Both the position numbers and the translations under genes were made by a program. Of a DNA stretch of 64,000 nucleotides, positions 62,289-64,000 are shown in pieces. Origin of the DNA: an uncultured delta proteobacterium (GTDB lineage: Bacteria > Myxococcota_A > Polyangia > Palsa-1104); contig CAWAWS010000039.1 of the NCBI GenBank assembly GCA_963785725.1, positions 288,001-352,000 on the forward strand, in the 5' to 3' direction. The notes under the pieces are model-generated. The model did not search any database. It was not told the origin of the DNA and worked only from the letters and a program-made list of their open reading frames with translations. The first letter of the stretch is position 1, and each line of letters opens with the position of its first letter.

Positions 62289-63680
62289 ATGAGCGAGATG
62301 GAACAGCTGAAGCAGGATCCGCGCGTCACCGTGCGCCGCGATGGGCCGCTCGATCCCGACGGGCGCTGCGTGCTCGTCTGGGTGCAGCGCGCGCAGCGGG
62401 CGACGGACAATCCGGCGCTCGACATTGCCATCGCCGCCGGCAACGCGCTGCGACTGCCGGTCGTGGCCTTCCTCGGCATCGTGCCCTCGTTTCCCAACGG
62501 CAACTGGCGCCACTATCAGTTTCTCGTCGAGGGCGTGCCCGATTTGGCGGCGGGATTGGCGCGGCGCAACGTCGGCTTCGTGCTGCGCCGGCATCCCGAT
62601 CATTCGCTCTTACGCGTCGTCGAGGAGCTGCAGCCGGCGCTCGTCATCGGCGACGAGAATCCGCTGCGCGAGACCGAGGCCTGGCGCGTGCGGGCGGCGG
62701 AGAAGCTGCGCGTGCCCTTGTGGACGGTCGACGCCGACGTGGTCGTGCCGACGAAGCTGCTCGGTCGCGAGCAGTTCTCGGCGCGCGTCATGCGTCCGCG
62801 CTTGAAGGCGCGGCTGCCCGAGTTCCTCGTGGCGTCGACGGAGCAGTCGGCGCAGGTCGCCTGGCGGCCGCCGGCGAAGCTGCAGTCGCTGTCGGCGCAG
62901 ACGCTGAATCTCGACGGCTTTCCGCTCGATCGCGCGGTGTCGCCGGTGCGTGTGCGCGGCGGCGAGCAGGCGGCGAGAAGCGCGCTGGCCGACTTCCTCG
63001 CGGAGCGGCTGCGCGGCTACGGCGAGTCGCGCAACGCGCCCGAGCTCATCGCCACGTCGAAGCTGTCGCCCTATTTGCACTTCGGGCACCTGGGGCCGCG
63101 GCAGGTGGCGCTGGCGGTGCGCGCGGCCGACGCGCCCGCGGCCGACAAGGACGCGCTCTTGGAGCAGCTGATCGTGCGCCGCGAGCTGGCGATCAACTAT
63201 GTGAGTTATAATCCCAAATATGACCGGCTCGACGGCTGCGAGCCGTGGGCGCGGCACACGCTGCATCATCACGCGCGCGACCGTCGTCCGTCGGCGCTGA
63301 CGCGGGCGCAGCTGGAGGCGGCCGACTCGCCCGATCCGCTGTGGAACGCTGCGCAGCGCGAGATGATGGTCTCCGGCTGGATGCACGGCTATCTGCGGAT
63401 GTATTGGGCCAAGAAGCTGCTCGAATGGTGCCGCAGCGTCGACGAGGCGTTCGCCGTCGCCGTCGAGCTCAACGACAAATGGGAGCTCGACGGGCGCGAT
63501 CCCAACGGCTACGCCGGCATCGCCTGGGCGCTCGGCGGCAAGCACGATCGCGCGTGGGGCCCGGAACGGCCGATCTTCGGTAAGATTCGCTATATGTCGC
63601 TGGCCTCGACCTCGCGGAAGTTCAACGCCAAGGCTTATATCGCGCGCGTCGACAAGCTGGCGCGCGGCGGCGGACTATGA
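62289..63680 (+). CDS. phr: Class II CPD photolyase
   Basis: RAQRATDNPAL, SKLSPYLHFG, EQLIVRRELA, MHGYLRMYWAKK, DGRDPNGY, RPIFGKIRYM. Confidence 0.93.
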   Translation: MSEMEQLKQDPRVTVRRDGPLDPDGRCVLVWVQRAQRATDNPALDIAIAAGNALRLPVVAFLGIVPSFPNGNWRHYQFLVEGVPDLAAGLARRNVGFVLRRHPDHSLLRVVEELQPALVIGDENPLRETEAWRVRAAEKLRVPLWTVDADVVVPTKLLGREQFSARVMRPRLKARLPEFLVASTEQSAQVAWRPPAKLQSLSAQTLNLDGFPLDRAVSPVRVRGGEQAARSALADFLAERLRGYGESRNAPELIATSKLSPYLHFGHLGPRQVALAVRAADAPAADKDALLEQLIVRRELAINYVSYNPKYDRLDGCEPWARHTLHHHARDRRPSALTRAQLEAADSPDPLWNAAQREMMVSGWMHGYLRMYWAKKLLEWCRSVDEAFAVAVELNDKWELDGRDPNGYAGIAWALGGKHDRAWGPERPIFGKIRYMSLASTSRKFNAKAYIARVDKLARGGGL

Positions 63681-64000
63681 TGACCGCCGGCGCCGCGACC
63701 AGCGCGGTCGAGCGACGAGCACGCGCAGCTGTGTCGACGCGTCACGGCCGAGCTAGACGCGCTCTTCGCCGGCGACTGGCGACAGCGTGACCTCGTCGCG
63801 ATGCAGGCGCGCCTGAAGCTGGCGCTGATGGCGTGCGCGCCGTTCGGGCAAAAGCAGCTCGGGCGGCTCGTCGCTGCCGGCAAAGCGCTGCCGCCGGCCG
63901 AGCTGGCGGCGGCCTATCGCGACCGCGTCGCCGCCGTCATCGCCGTCGAGCCGACGCGCGGCCGGCACGTCAACGCGCTGGCGCACGCGTTCGGCTACTT
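63677..64000 (+). CDS. ybgA: YbgA/DUF1722-family protein, partial; runs off window, start out of frame
   Basis: Own translation LVAMQARLKLALMA...LGRLVA...HVNALAHAFGY; the ATGs at 63677/63680 are not in this frame, suggesting an indel. Confidence 0.7.

Overview
High-GC (about 70% by eye) bacterial chromosomal segment. FHA-sigma54 activator, Ser/Thr kinase-like protein, CarH-like regulator and split Wzc suggest Myxococcota (inference). Contents in order: a surface-polysaccharide region (wzt/wzm, GT2, GNAT, flippase-like protein, MMPL, BY-kinase, two co-polymerases, DUF4091 lipoprotein, GT4); a phosphatase-APC permease-yggX-radical SAM operon facing an ATP-grasp gene; TetR-AurF; tatD-tcdA-argE-argB-like; a glycosylation cluster; mlaEFD; housekeeping enzymes; MacAB-TolC; and a CarH-like/photolyase/ybgA light-response module. 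The most striking signal is not a gene. An AT-rich palindrome, TGGTTnAACCA (full form AATTGGTTAAACCAATT), occurs about 32 times (26 exact, 6 with one mismatch), all within 16428-27934, and I saw no exact copy elsewhere. It is written into the codons of seven unrelated genes in all three reading frames, amplified in an in-frame insertion of the radical SAM gene, and sometimes paired at 21 bp spacing. This looks like a centromere-like or chromosome-organising protein-binding array. That radical SAM gene also appears to be a selenoprotein (C-UGA-AEP tail plus a SECIS-like hairpin). Other features: a MIRU-like repeat that preserves translational coupling, several tandem-repeat expansions, and several frameshifts that are probably sequencing indels. 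All family calls are from motif recognition, not database searches.
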